64,000 nucleotides of DNA from the NCBI GenBank assembly GCA_030588745.1, contig JAUUXB010000003.1, forward strand, positions 9,358-73,357. Reading direction: 5' to 3'. Both the position numbers and the translations under genes were made by a program. This DNA comes from a bacterium (GTDB lineage: Bacteria > Patescibacteriota > Minisyncoccia > Minisyncoccales > JANBVM01). This document shows positions 8,106 through 17,636 of the stretch, piece by piece. The first letter of the stretch is position 1. Every line of letters begins with the position of its first letter. The notes under the pieces were generated by a model, which saw only the letters and a program-made list of their open reading frames with translations, ran no database searches and was not told where the DNA came from.

Positions 8106-9635
8106 ATGACTCAATTAACCCTATTAATAGCAGGGATTATTTCCCTTTCAATTGGAACAGTGCTCGGTTATTACGCTCGTCAGTCAATAGCAAGAAGGGA
8201 CTGGAAGACAATTGAAGGAAAGATACAAAAAAAGATTGAAAAAACAACTCAAGAAGTTTCCAAGATTATTTCTAATGCCAAGAATAAAGCTTCTTTGGTT
8301 TTAGATGACGCAAAAAAGGAAGCGTATATAACAAGAAAAAGATTAAATAGAGGCGAACAGCTACTCCTAAAAAGAGAAGGTGTTTTAGATAAAAAAATAT
8401 CTGATTTTGAATTAAAACAAAGTGATTTTGAACAAAAAGTAGAAAAAGTAAAGCGAATCAAATCTTCTTTGGAAAAATTAAAGGAAGAAGCTACCAAAAA
8501 GCTGGAAAGTGTTGCTATGATGAACAAAAAACAAGCCAAAGAAGAGCTTTTAAAGGCAGTGGAAGATAAACATCAGTTAGATATTTTAGAAAGATTAAGA
8601 AAACTAGAAACCGAAGGTTATGAAAGATATGAGAAAAAAGCTAAGGAAGTTTTAGCTACTGCAATTCAAAAGTATGCCTTATCCCAAGCCCAAGAAACAA
8701 CCACTACTACTATTGCCCTGCCCAATGAAGATATTAAAGGAAGAATAATTGGTAAAGAGGGCAGAAACATCAAGACCCTTGAAAGATTAACAGGAGTAGA
8801 AATAATAGTTGATGAAACACCAGAAACAGTTGTAATTTCTGGTTTTGACCCAGTAAGGCGTCAAATAGCTAAAGTTGCACTGGATAAATTAATATTAGAT
8901 GGAAGAATTCAACCAGCCAGAATTGAAGAAAAAGTAAAAGAAGCTAACCAGGAAATAAACAGCCAGATTAAAAAAGCTGGAGAAGTAGCTGCCTATGAAT
9001 TTAGTCTGGTTGGGTTAAACCCAAAACTAATGCAGCTTTTAGGAAGATTAAAGTTCAGAACAAGTTATGGTCAGAATGTTTTACTCCACTCAATTGAAGT
9101 AGCATATTTATCTGCATTCTTAGCTGATGAGATTGGAGCTAATTCTTTGGTTTGTAAAAAAGCTGGTTTATTCCATGATATTGGAAAAGCAGTTGACCAT
9201 CAGATAGAAGGTTCTCATGTTGATATAGGGAGAAAAATCTTAGAGAAATTTAATATAGAAGAAGAAGTTATTAATGCAATGAAGTCTCATCATGGAGAAT
9301 ATCCAAATGAAAGCATTGAATCAATCTTAGTGCAGGTTGGAGACCAGATTTCAGGCACCAGACCAGGAGCAAGAAAAGATACTTTAGAAAACTATCTTAA
9401 AAGACTGTCTAGTTTGGAAAATATAGCTTTAGCTTTTAATGGAGTAGAAAAAGCCTGGGCCCTTCAAGCAGGAAGAGAAATAAGGGTTTTTGTGAAATCA
9501 GGAGAAGTTGATGATTTTGGAGCAAAGAATTTGGCTAGAGAAATTGCCAGAAAAATCCAGGACGAACTGCGCTACCCAGGAGAAATAAAAGTTAATGTAA
9601 TAAGAGAAACAAGAGTAATAGAATACGCAAAGTAA
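8106..9635 (+). CDS. rny: Ribonuclease Y
   Basis: N-terminal TM helix, long coiled coil, KH domain (IKGRIIGKEGRNIKTLERLTGVE) and HD domain (LLHSIEVA...GLFHDIGKA). Confidence 0.9.
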   Translation: MTQLTLLIAGIISLSIGTVLGYYARQSIARRDWKTIEGKIQKKIEKTTQEVSKIISNAKNKASLVLDDAKKEAYITRKRLNRGEQLLLKREGVLDKKISDFELKQSDFEQKVEKVKRIKSSLEKLKEEATKKLESVAMMNKKQAKEELLKAVEDKHQLDILERLRKLETEGYERYEKKAKEVLATAIQKYALSQAQETTTTTIALPNEDIKGRIIGKEGRNIKTLERLTGVEIIVDETPETVVISGFDPVRRQIAKVALDKLILDGRIQPARIEEKVKEANQEINSQIKKAGEVAAYEFSLVGLNPKLMQLLGRLKFRTSYGQNVLLHSIEVAYLSAFLADEIGANSLVCKKAGLFHDIGKAVDHQIEGSHVDIGRKILEKFNIEEEVINAMKSHHGEYPNESIESILVQVGDQISGTRPGARKDTLENYLKRLSSLENIALAFNGVEKAWALQAGREIRVFVKSGEVDDFGAKNLAREIARKIQDELRYPGEIKVNVIRETRVIEYAK

Positions 9636-9645
9636 AATAACTCTC

Positions 9646-9675
9646 AAAACAAAAACAGCGAAAATTCCGCTGTTT
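9646..9675 (+). terminator. Intrinsic terminator after rny
   Basis: AAAACAGCG-aaaattc-CGCTGTTTT followed by a T-rich tract. Confidence 0.6.
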
Positions 9676-9686
9676 TTGTGTTTTTG

Positions 9687-9757
9687 AGCGGGTGAAGGGA
9701 ATCGAACCCTCATTATTTGGTTGGAAACCAAAAGTTCTACCACTAAACTACACCCGC
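9687..9757 (-). tRNA. tRNA-Gly (anticodon UCC)
   Basis: The reverse complement folds as a cloverleaf. Acceptor GCGGGTG/CACCCGC, D arm GTTT/GAAC, anticodon arm TTTGG-TTTCCAA-CCAAA, T arm GAGGG-TTCGATT-CCCTT. No CCA is encoded. Confidence 0.85.
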
Positions 9758-9767
9758 TTTTGTTTAG

Positions 9768-9839
9768 TCGGGGCACCCAGACTCGAACTGGGATTAAATC
9801 CTCCCAAAGGACTCGTGCTAGCCATTACACTATGCCCCG
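9768..9839 (-). tRNA. tRNA-Pro (anticodon UGG)
   Basis: The reverse complement folds as a cloverleaf. Acceptor CGGGGCA/TGCCCCG, anticodon arm AGTCC-TTTGGGA-GGATT (G37), T arm CCCAG-TTCGAGT-CTGGG. No CCA is encoded. Confidence 0.85.
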
Positions 9840-9851
9840 TTTTGCTTTAGA

Positions 9852-9880
9852 ATTTTAGCAATTTGTTTTTGTTTGGTCAA
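9852..9880 (-). promoter_or_regulatory. Sigma70-type promoter for the tRNA-Pro/tRNA-Gly pair
   Basis: The minus strand reads TTGACC, 17 nt, TAAAAT, ending about 12 nt before the tRNA-Pro 5' end. Confidence 0.5.
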
Positions 9881-9907
9881 TGAATGTGGTAAAATAATGA
9901 AAATAAT

Positions 9908-10858
9908 ATGAATTTATTTAGAAAAATTATTTCAGAATTAAATATTTTTGCCCAGTGCAAGAAATATAATCTTTCTTTGTGGCAATGCCCTCAGTTTCTT
10001 TTTCTGGTTATGGGAACAATTATTATAGTATCTAGCTTATTTGCCTATGCACTTGGCACCCATTATATTGAAAATCCATTAATTGTTGCATTTACAATAC
10101 AGATTCTGGCAGGAATTTTGTTAATTATTGCTGTAATTATTACTCGTAGTTTTGAAAGATTGGCTGAGGCAAGCCGCTTAAAGTCAGAGTTTATAAGTAT
10201 TGTGTCCCACCAGCTACGCTCTCCTTTATCTAATTTAAAATGGACTATTGAGCTGATTATGTCTGGAAAATTAGGAAAGATTGAAGAAAAACAAACCGAA
10301 TATTTTAAAATTATAAAAGAGAACAGCAGCAGAATGCATGAGCTGATTTCTGATTTATTAACAGTATCAAGAATTGAAAGTGCTAAACTGCCTTTCAAAA
10401 AACAGGAGTTTTCAATGGAAGAATTAACAAAAACTTTAATCAATGAGTATAAGACTCTTGCAAGCGCTACCAATGTAAAAGTTATTTTAGTAAATGACAA
10501 AAACCTTCCCAAAGCTTTTTCTGATCCCTCACGCATTAAACTGGTTATGGAAAACCTTTTAGATAATGCTATTAGATATACAAAAGAAAAAGGAAAGGTT
10601 GAAATAAATCTTTCTCAAAAGAACAATAACATTCTTTTTTCAATAAAAGATAATGGCGTGGGTGTTCCAGAGAAAGATCAGAAATATATTTTTCAGAAAT
10701 TTTTCCGTTCAGAAAATATTTTAAGACACCAAACAAAAGGCTCGGGTTTGGGATTATATATTTCAAGAGAAATCGTTAAAAGAGCAAAGGGTAAAATAGG
10801 ATTTGATTCAAAAGAAGGTAAAGGGTCGACGTTTTGGTTTGCAATACCAATTAAATAA
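9908..10858 (+). CDS. Membrane-bound sensor histidine kinase (HisKA + HATPase_c)
   Basis: Two N-terminal TM helices, H-box FISIVSHQLRSPL, N-box LLDNAIRYT, and G-boxes DNGVGVP and GSGLGLYISREIV. Confidence 0.85.
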   Translation: MNLFRKIISELNIFAQCKKYNLSLWQCPQFLFLVMGTIIIVSSLFAYALGTHYIENPLIVAFTIQILAGILLIIAVIITRSFERLAEASRLKSEFISIVSHQLRSPLSNLKWTIELIMSGKLGKIEEKQTEYFKIIKENSSRMHELISDLLTVSRIESAKLPFKKQEFSMEELTKTLINEYKTLASATNVKVILVNDKNLPKAFSDPSRIKLVMENLLDNAIRYTKEKGKVEINLSQKNNNILFSIKDNGVGVPEKDQKYIFQKFFRSENILRHQTKGSGLGLYISREIVKRAKGKIGFDSKEGKGSTFWFAIPIK

Positions 10859-10909
10859 CAAACAACAAAAACAAGAAGCGGAAAACGCATTGTTTCTTAT
10901 CCCTGTAAT

Positions 10910-11275
10910 ATGAAAACTATTTTATTTATTGAAGATGAGTCTGCGCTTCAGAAGACAATTGGTGAAGTATTAAAACAAGAGGGTTATGAATTAATTTCTG
11001 CACTTAATGGAGAAATCGGATTAAGGCTGGCCAAGGAAAAAAAGCCGGATTTAATTCTTCTTGATCTTGTGCTTCCGAAAATGAATGGCTTTGATGTTCT
11101 TAAAAAACTAAAAGAAAATAGTGATACAAAAAACATTCCAGTAATTGTTTTAACAAACCTTGAGGCAATGGATGATATAGATAAGGCAATTGAACTTGGA
11201 GCCACAACTTATCTGGTAAAAGCGCAATATACTTTAGAAGAAGTAATAGAAAAAGTTAAAAAAGTTCTTGGTTAA
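10910..11275 (+). CDS. Response regulator, receiver domain only
   Basis: 121 aa CheY-like protein with FIEDE, DLILLDLVLPKMNG, VIVLTN and YLVKA. There is no output domain. Confidence 0.85.
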   Translation: MKTILFIEDESALQKTIGEVLKQEGYELISALNGEIGLRLAKEKKPDLILLDLVLPKMNGFDVLKKLKENSDTKNIPVIVLTNLEAMDDIDKAIELGATTYLVKAQYTLEEVIEKVKKVLG

Positions 11276-11308
11276 CAATATTTATTAGTTTTTAACTACT
11301 AATCATAA

Positions 11309-13054
11309 ATGAAGGTAGAACCACAACAATTAAAAGCCTTTTTAATTGACGCTAATCTGCTTACAGAAGAACAGTTTAACGAAGTACGTAAAAAAGCTAA
11401 AAAAACAAAGCATGAAATTAGTGATGTTTTAGTTTCCGAGGGCTTAATCAATCAAGACCAATTAATAAAACTAGAGGCATACATATTAGGTATTCCTTTT
11501 GTTGATTTGGAAAAAGAAACTATTGATCCTAAAGTTTTGAAAATTGTTCCAGAGCCAATTGCTCGTTCTCACAATATTGTTGCTTTCAGAAAATCAGGGA
11601 ACAATCTTGAAGTGGCAATGCTCGACCCAAAAGACTTAAGGACTATTGAATTTATTAAAAAAACAACAAATCTAAAAATTTTACCTCGATTAACTAGTAT
11701 CAAATCAATTAAAAGCGTGTTACTCCAGTATCAAAAAACATTGGAGGCTGAGTTTGGAGAAATTATTAAAAAAGAGGTTGGAGTAATCAAACCAGTTGAA
11801 GAAGAAAAACTTGAAGAAAAAGCTGAACTGGAAAAAATGGCAGAAGAACTGCCTGTTATTAGAATCGTTGATACTCTAATGAAGCATGCAATTCTACAGC
11901 GCGCTTCAGACATCCATATTGAGCTAATTGAAAAAGAGGTCTTAGTCAGGTATAGGATTGATGGAATTCTAAGAGATGCTATGACCTTGCCAAAATTAGC
12001 ATCTTCAGGAATTGTGGCGCGAATAAAAGTGCTTTCCAACCTAAAACTAGACGAACATCGTTTGCCTCAGGATGGTCGTTTTAAAATAGAGACTGAGGAT
12101 TATAAATACTCAATCAGAGTTTCAATATTACCAGTTTTTGATGGTGAAAAGGTGGTTATGAGGCTTTTAGCAGAAACCACTAAAGCTTTTACTTTAGAAC
12201 AATTAGGTTTAATTGAAGAAAATCTGGAGAAAGTTCAAGATTCTTTGCGGAAACCAGTAGGAATGATTTTAATAACGGGACCAACTGGTTCTGGAAAAAC
12301 CACTACCCTCTATTCAATGATGGATATTTTAAATAACCCAGGAATCAATATTTCTACTGTTGAAGACCCTATTGAATATAGGATGCCAAGAATCAATCAA
12401 ACTCAAGTAAGAGCAAAAATTGGTTTAACTTTTGCAAATGGTCTAAGGTCTTTGCTACGACAAGACCCAGACATTATTATGGTTGGAGAAATAAGAGACA
12501 ATGAAACAGCTAATCTTTGTATTAATGCCTCTTTAACAGGACATTTGGTTTTATCAACTTTACATACTAATTCTGCTGCTGGATCTCTGCCGCGGTTAAT
12601 GGATATGAAATGCGAGCCATTTTTAATTGCATCAACCTTAAACTGTATCTTAGCCCAACGATTAGTAAGAAGGCTTTGCGGCGAAAAAGAAAAATACAAA
12701 CTTAAAGATGCTGAATTAAAAGAAATCTCAAAATATTGTGATTTGGAAACAATCCTAAAAATCTTAAAACAAGAAAAACTCGTAGGCCAAAGAGCGACTT
12801 GGAAAAACATTCCTTTTTACAAGCCAAAACCCAGCAAAGAATGCCCTGATGGTTATAAAGGAAGAATAGGAATTTTTGAGGTTTTGCCAGTTACAGAAAC
12901 AATTAAAGAGCTGATTATAGCTAAAGCTATTTCAGACCGGATTCATCAGCAGGCAAAAAGCGAAGGAATGAGAACAATGGTTGAAGATGGTTTTATCAAA
13001 GCAGCTCAAGGAATAACTTCTATTGAAGAAGTATTAAGGGCAATAGTTGAATAA
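11309..13054 (+). CDS. pilB: Type IV pilus assembly ATPase PilB (GspE family)
   Basis: N-terminal GSPII_E_N-like domain, Walker A GPTGSGKTTT, Asp box, Walker B IIMVGEIRD, His box TGHLVLSTLHTN and the tetracysteine region. Confidence 0.9.
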   Translation: MKVEPQQLKAFLIDANLLTEEQFNEVRKKAKKTKHEISDVLVSEGLINQDQLIKLEAYILGIPFVDLEKETIDPKVLKIVPEPIARSHNIVAFRKSGNNLEVAMLDPKDLRTIEFIKKTTNLKILPRLTSIKSIKSVLLQYQKTLEAEFGEIIKKEVGVIKPVEEEKLEEKAELEKMAEELPVIRIVDTLMKHAILQRASDIHIELIEKEVLVRYRIDGILRDAMTLPKLASSGIVARIKVLSNLKLDEHRLPQDGRFKIETEDYKYSIRVSILPVFDGEKVVMRLLAETTKAFTLEQLGLIEENLEKVQDSLRKPVGMILITGPTGSGKTTTLYSMMDILNNPGINISTVEDPIEYRMPRINQTQVRAKIGLTFANGLRSLLRQDPDIIMVGEIRDNETANLCINASLTGHLVLSTLHTNSAAGSLPRLMDMKCEPFLIASTLNCILAQRLVRRLCGEKEKYKLKDAELKEISKYCDLETILKILKQEKLVGQRATWKNIPFYKPKPSKECPDGYKGRIGIFEVLPVTETIKELIIAKAISDRIHQQAKSEGMRTMVEDGFIKAAQGITSIEEVLRAIVE

Positions 13055-13073
13055 TTTCAATACCCTAATCTTA

Positions 13074-14291
13074 ATGCCAAGATATTTTTACAAAGCCAAA
13101 TCTGTTAAAGGAGAGGAAAAATCAGGATTTTTAGAAGCAAAAGATACCCATCAATTATCCCAGAAATTGCACGCTCAGGGATTTGTTTTAATTAAAGCCC
13201 AATTATCAGAAGAATTGAAAAAACAAAAACTCAATATTGACCTTCCTACTTTTGGCGGGGTGCCTTTAACAGAAAAAATGTTTTTTGTCAGAAACCTCCA
13301 GGTTATGATTGCAGCAGGGCTTCCTTTGCCTCGTGCAATCAATGCTCTGTCAAAACAAGTAAAAACTCCTGAATTTAAAAAAGCGCTTTCAGAAATTAAA
13401 GACAAGGTTGTAGAAGGAAAAAGCCTTTCTGAAGCTATGAGTTATTATCCGTCTGTTTTCCCTCAGCTTTTAAGAAGCATGGTAAAAGTGGGGGAAGAAT
13501 CAGGAACCTTAGAAAAGATTTTAGGGGTGCTAAGCGCGCAGATGGGAAAAGAACATGTTTTAAGGTCCAGAGTGCAAAGCGCCATGATTTATCCAATTAT
13601 AATCATTTGTGCCATGATTGCTGTTGGTGCGCTGATGCTTATTATGGTTGTTCCAAAATTAGCTGAAACGTTTGAAGATTTAAATATTGAACTTCCGGTT
13701 ACTACAAAGATTATTATTGGTTTTGGCACTTTTGTAGCAAATTACTGGCACTTACTGCTTTTAGGCCTGATAATATTTATTATTTTTCTAATGAGGATTT
13801 TAAAAATACAAGCAGTTAAAAAAATATCTGACAGGATTTTTCTAAGAGTTCCTGTTATATCCTCAATTATTAAAGCAACTAATTCTGCATATACAACAAG
13901 AAACTTAAGCTCTTTAATTGGAGCAGGAGTTTCTTTGCCCAGGTCTTTGGAAATTACTGCTGGCACTTTAGGTAATTTCTATTTTAAGACAGCTATGAAT
14001 GAAGCAGCAGAAAAAGTAAGAAAAGGAGGTAAATTGTCTGAGGTTTTGGCTAGCTATAAAGGTGTTTATCCTCTAATTGTTATCCAGATGGTGGCTGTGG
14101 GAGAAGAAACTGGTGAAACTTCTGCTATTTTATCAGAATTAGCAGATTTTTTTGAAGAAGAAGTATCCACCACTACAAAAAACATAGCTTCTGTGATTGA
14201 GCCCGTTCTAATGATTATTATTGGAATTACAATTGGTTTTTTTGCGGTTTCAATGGTTCAGCCAATGTATAGCATGCTTGGGAGTGTCTAA
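13074..14291 (+). CDS. pilC: Type IV pilus platform protein PilC (GspF family)
   Basis: Duplicated GspF domain with three TM segments (MIAAGLPLPRAINAL..., LIGAGVSLPRSLEI...). I prefer the ATG at 13074. Confidence 0.88.
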   Translation: MPRYFYKAKSVKGEEKSGFLEAKDTHQLSQKLHAQGFVLIKAQLSEELKKQKLNIDLPTFGGVPLTEKMFFVRNLQVMIAAGLPLPRAINALSKQVKTPEFKKALSEIKDKVVEGKSLSEAMSYYPSVFPQLLRSMVKVGEESGTLEKILGVLSAQMGKEHVLRSRVQSAMIYPIIIICAMIAVGALMLIMVVPKLAETFEDLNIELPVTTKIIIGFGTFVANYWHLLLLGLIIFIIFLMRILKIQAVKKISDRIFLRVPVISSIIKATNSAYTTRNLSSLIGAGVSLPRSLEITAGTLGNFYFKTAMNEAAEKVRKGGKLSEVLASYKGVYPLIVIQMVAVGEETGETSAILSELADFFEEEVSTTTKNIASVIEPVLMIIIGITIGFFAVSMVQPMYSMLGSV

Positions 14292-14299
14292 TAAAGAAA

Positions 14300-15190
14300 A
14301 TGTTAAAATTCAAATGTCAAAATCTAAAACATAGAGGATTCACGCTTATTGAAATTATAACAGTGGTTGGGATTCTATTGATTATAACAGCCACTGCTAT
14401 TCCAGCTTACAGGAATTTCCAAAAGCAGTCTGATTTAATAAACACAACAGAAGAAATAATTAATGTTTTAAGGCTTGCCCAAAGCAAGACCTTAGCTTCA
14501 GAACAAGCCAGTCAGTGGGGAATTCATTTCTTGGCTTCAGAATATATTTTATTTAAAGGAGCAGATTATGATTCACGTGACAGTTCTTTTGACAAGAATT
14601 ATATTGTACCTAGTTTAGTTGAAATTCACGAGGTTGATCTTAAAGGAGCTGGATTTGATGTTGTTTTTGAAAGAATTATTGGCCAGACAAATCAATTTGG
14701 AAGCATTTCTTTAAGATTAAAAGCTAATACTTTAGAAACAAGAACAATTATTGTTGAATCGTCTGGCCAGATATTCTCCCAGCAAATTGTTCCCAGTGAT
14801 ACTGAAAGAATTAAGGATTCAAGACATACTCATTTCAACTATGCCCGCCAGATTGATACTTCAATTGAAATTCTTACTCTAACTTTTACTTATGACAGTT
14901 CAAGCTTTTCAGAAGATATTAGACTTATTGACAATATCAAAGATAATCAAATCTTTTGGGAAGGTGAAGTGAATGTTAATGAAGAGATACAAAAAATCAA
15001 AATTCATACCCACAATCTTAATGATCCTGTTTTTAATACTGATTTTTGTGTGCACAGAGATAAAAGATACAATAATAAATCCTTGAAAATTGAAATCAGT
15101 GGAGATTCAACAGGAGATTTAATTAATTACGACAGCGCTGGTCAAACAATTCAAGGAAGTTCAATTTATGTTTCGGAACCTATCTGGTAA
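14300..15190 (+). CDS. Prepilin-type N-terminal cleavage/methylation domain protein (large pseudopilin, 296 aa)
   Basis: Leader MLKFKCQNLKHRG then FTLIEIITVVGILLI, giving the G/F cleavage site and Glu at +5. Confidence 0.75.
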   Translation: MLKFKCQNLKHRGFTLIEIITVVGILLIITATAIPAYRNFQKQSDLINTTEEIINVLRLAQSKTLASEQASQWGIHFLASEYILFKGADYDSRDSSFDKNYIVPSLVEIHEVDLKGAGFDVVFERIIGQTNQFGSISLRLKANTLETRTIIVESSGQIFSQQIVPSDTERIKDSRHTHFNYARQIDTSIEILTLTFTYDSSSFSEDIRLIDNIKDNQIFWEGEVNVNEEIQKIKIHTHNLNDPVFNTDFCVHRDKRYNNKSLKIEISGDSTGDLINYDSAGQTIQGSSIYVSEPIW

Positions 15191-15227
15191 TAAAACCCCC
15201 ACCAATTTTCGTTTTTTCAAACAAAAG

Positions 15228-15710
15228 ATGGTGGGGAGTAAGGGAATGTCGCTAATAGAAATATTGGTAGCTGTTTTTATTATATCTGCTGCTTTAAGCA
15301 GCGTGTTGGGCTTAACTTCTTTTTCGTTAAATGCTGTTAGTTTTACAAAACAAAGCTATGAGGCAAATATCCTGGCCCAGGAATTAATAGAGCAAGTTAG
15401 AAACTTCAGAGATCAAACAGAATGGAATATTGATGGCTTGGAAATATTAACTAATGGCATTGACTACTATGTTTCTAAAACCAGTAGTCCTGAAGAATGG
15501 CAAATAATTCAAGGTACAGAAACCATTAATGGTTTTACAAGAAAAATAGTTTTTGAAGAAGTGAAAAGAGATGGTAGCGACAACATTGTTGAAAGCGGTG
15601 GAATAATTAACCCAAACACTAAAAAGATTACAGCAACTATTTTATGGCAGGAAAGAAATAAAACACATCAGATAGAACTAATAACCTATTTAACCAACTG
15701 GAAACAATGA
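15228..15710 (+). CDS. Prepilin-type pseudopilin
   Basis: MVGSKG then MSLIEILVAVFIISAAL. I prefer the ATG at 15228 over the overlapping upstream start in the track. Confidence 0.7.
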   Translation: MVGSKGMSLIEILVAVFIISAALSSVLGLTSFSLNAVSFTKQSYEANILAQELIEQVRNFRDQTEWNIDGLEILTNGIDYYVSKTSSPEEWQIIQGTETINGFTRKIVFEEVKRDGSDNIVESGGIINPNTKKITATILWQERNKTHQIELITYLTNWKQ

Positions 15711-16222
15711 AAAAAACAAAAGGTTTTACCTTAACAGAAATGCTGGTATATATAAGTGTTTCATCAATAATTATTTTAACTATTGCTTCTTTTGTTCTTT
15801 GGGTCAATCGCTCTAGCACTAAAATTAAAGTATTAAAAGAGGTTTTAAATAACAGCAAGTCTGCCATGGAAACAATGTCTTATGAAATAAAGCATGCAAA
15901 AAGCATTTACAGCTCAACTTCTGTTTTTTCAACTCATCCTGGCCAATTATCTTTAGAAACTCCAAATTATGCTCAAAAAGATGAAGATGTAAGTTATATT
16001 GATTTTTTTGTTTGTGAGCAAAAGCTTTGTTTAAAAAAAGAAAACCAAGATCTAATTGTTTTAACTTCTGACAAAGTACAAGTTAAGAATCTGGAATTTA
16101 ATCAAGTTGCCACAAGTTCTGTTCAAATAAATTTAAAAATTGATTATCTGGCTCCATCAGATAAGCCAGAGTATCAAGCTTCAATCAACACAACTTCTAC
16201 TGTATCAATAAGAACATATTAA
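15707..16222 (+). CDS. Prepilin-type pseudopilin
   Basis: MKKTKG then FTLTEMLVYISVSSIIIL. The ATGA overlap couples it to the preceding gene. Confidence 0.75.
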   Translation: MKKTKGFTLTEMLVYISVSSIIILTIASFVLWVNRSSTKIKVLKEVLNNSKSAMETMSYEIKHAKSIYSSTSVFSTHPGQLSLETPNYAQKDEDVSYIDFFVCEQKLCLKKENQDLIVLTSDKVQVKNLEFNQVATSSVQINLKIDYLAPSDKPEYQASINTTSTVSIRTY

Positions 16223-16224
16223 TA

Positions 16225-17490
16225 ATGAATAATAAAAAAAATAAAGAAAAAGGATTTGCCCTTGTTTACGCTGCTGTTTTAGTTTTAGCAATGATTATTA
16301 CTGCAGCAACCAGTATTGCTGCTTTAACTTACAATGAACAGATTATATTCAGAGATGCTATTAAATCAACTCAAGCCTATTATGCTGCTGAATCTGGACT
16401 TGAAGACATGGTCTTAAGACTGGAAAATGATATGAACCTGCCAAGCTCTTATAGCTTTAATGTTGGTACAGCTTCTGTTAACAACACTGTCTCTACTGAA
16501 ATAGCAGGGTCAAGAATAGTTACTGCCGAGGGTAACTCTTCAGACAAAATCAGGAAACTTGAGGCAGTTTATCAAGTATCAACTCAGGAAATAGCTTTTT
16601 ATTATGGGGCTCAGATTGGAGAGGGAGGAATGGAAATGGGAAACAATTCTATAGTTGGGGGCAATATTTACTCTAACGGCACTGTTTTTGGAGATGGTAC
16701 AATTGAACATACAATTATTGTTGCAAACAATGGCAATAGAATTGAAGGAGTGAATGTTGGACAAGACGCCAAAGCTTATAGCTGTAAAGATTGTGATATT
16801 GGTGGTGATTTAACTTATGTTACAGGAGGCACGCTCGATAATTGTGATGTTAGTGGATCTACTACCCAGCAATCTGAAGAAATACAGCCAAAAAGCCTTC
16901 CCATTCCTCAGTCTGAAATTGATGAATGGAAGCAAGATGCAGAAGCAGGAGGAATAATTGAAGGTGATTACATAATTTCTGGAAGAACTACTGAAGATCT
17001 TGGACCCAAAAAAATCACTGGCCAGCTTATTGTTGATAATCTTGCCACTTTAAACATAACAGGATCTATCTGGACAGTTAATGGAATCAGAATTGATAAT
17101 GGGGCTAGAATTCAACTTGATACTCTTTCATATGGTTCTTTGAGCGGAGTACTGTTAACTGATGGCAAGGTGAAAATCAAACCAGGCACTGTTTTAACAG
17201 GAAGCGGACAATCAAGCAGCTATTTATTGGTTTTATCAACAAACCCTGAAACTGAAAGTAAAATTGATCCTGCTATTGACGTTGACAATAATAGTGATTC
17301 TGCAATTTTTTACACAACCCAAGGATTGGTTGTGCTACGAAATAACGTCACAGCTAAAGAAGTAACAGGATACAAGGTTTATCTTGACAATAATGCTGTG
17401 ATTCTTTATGAGTCAGGTTTAAGAGATGCAAGTTTTTCTTCCGGACCAGGGGGCTCCTGGAAAGTGACCAGCTGGAAAGAGATAGAATAA
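16225..17490 (+). CDS. PilX-N-like pilus-associated protein, probably beta-helical (421 aa)
   Basis: N-terminus KGFALVYAAVLVLAMIITAATSIAAL has a pilin-like hydrophobic helix but lacks Glu5. The rest is Gly/Asn/Thr-rich. Confidence 0.5.
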   Translation: MNNKKNKEKGFALVYAAVLVLAMIITAATSIAALTYNEQIIFRDAIKSTQAYYAAESGLEDMVLRLENDMNLPSSYSFNVGTASVNNTVSTEIAGSRIVTAEGNSSDKIRKLEAVYQVSTQEIAFYYGAQIGEGGMEMGNNSIVGGNIYSNGTVFGDGTIEHTIIVANNGNRIEGVNVGQDAKAYSCKDCDIGGDLTYVTGGTLDNCDVSGSTTQQSEEIQPKSLPIPQSEIDEWKQDAEAGGIIEGDYIISGRTTEDLGPKKITGQLIVDNLATLNITGSIWTVNGIRIDNGARIQLDTLSYGSLSGVLLTDGKVKIKPGTVLTGSGQSSSYLLVLSTNPETESKIDPAIDVDNNSDSAIFYTTQGLVVLRNNVTAKEVTGYKVYLDNNAVILYESGLRDASFSSGPGGSWKVTSWKEIE

Positions 17491-17636
17491 GAACCTTGTC
17501 CATCCCTTCCAATTTTTTCATTTTTAAATTTAAAATTCGATTAAAAAATAATCGTGAGCATAAAATTATTTTAGAAGAGTTGGAAAAAGCAGAGTAAAAA
17601 GGTAAAATATTTAAATAAAAACCAAAAAGAATAAAA

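Noticed and set aside
8009-8215. A 68-aa ORF upstream of and overlapping rny.
   Set aside because: It overlaps the rny start and promoter region, has no recognisable motif, and the rny N-terminal TM helix begins at 8106.
9498-9776. A 92-aa minus-strand ORF spanning the rny 3' end and the tRNA region.
   Set aside because: It overlaps tRNA-Gly and part of tRNA-Pro, as well as the rny terminator. It is explained by those features.
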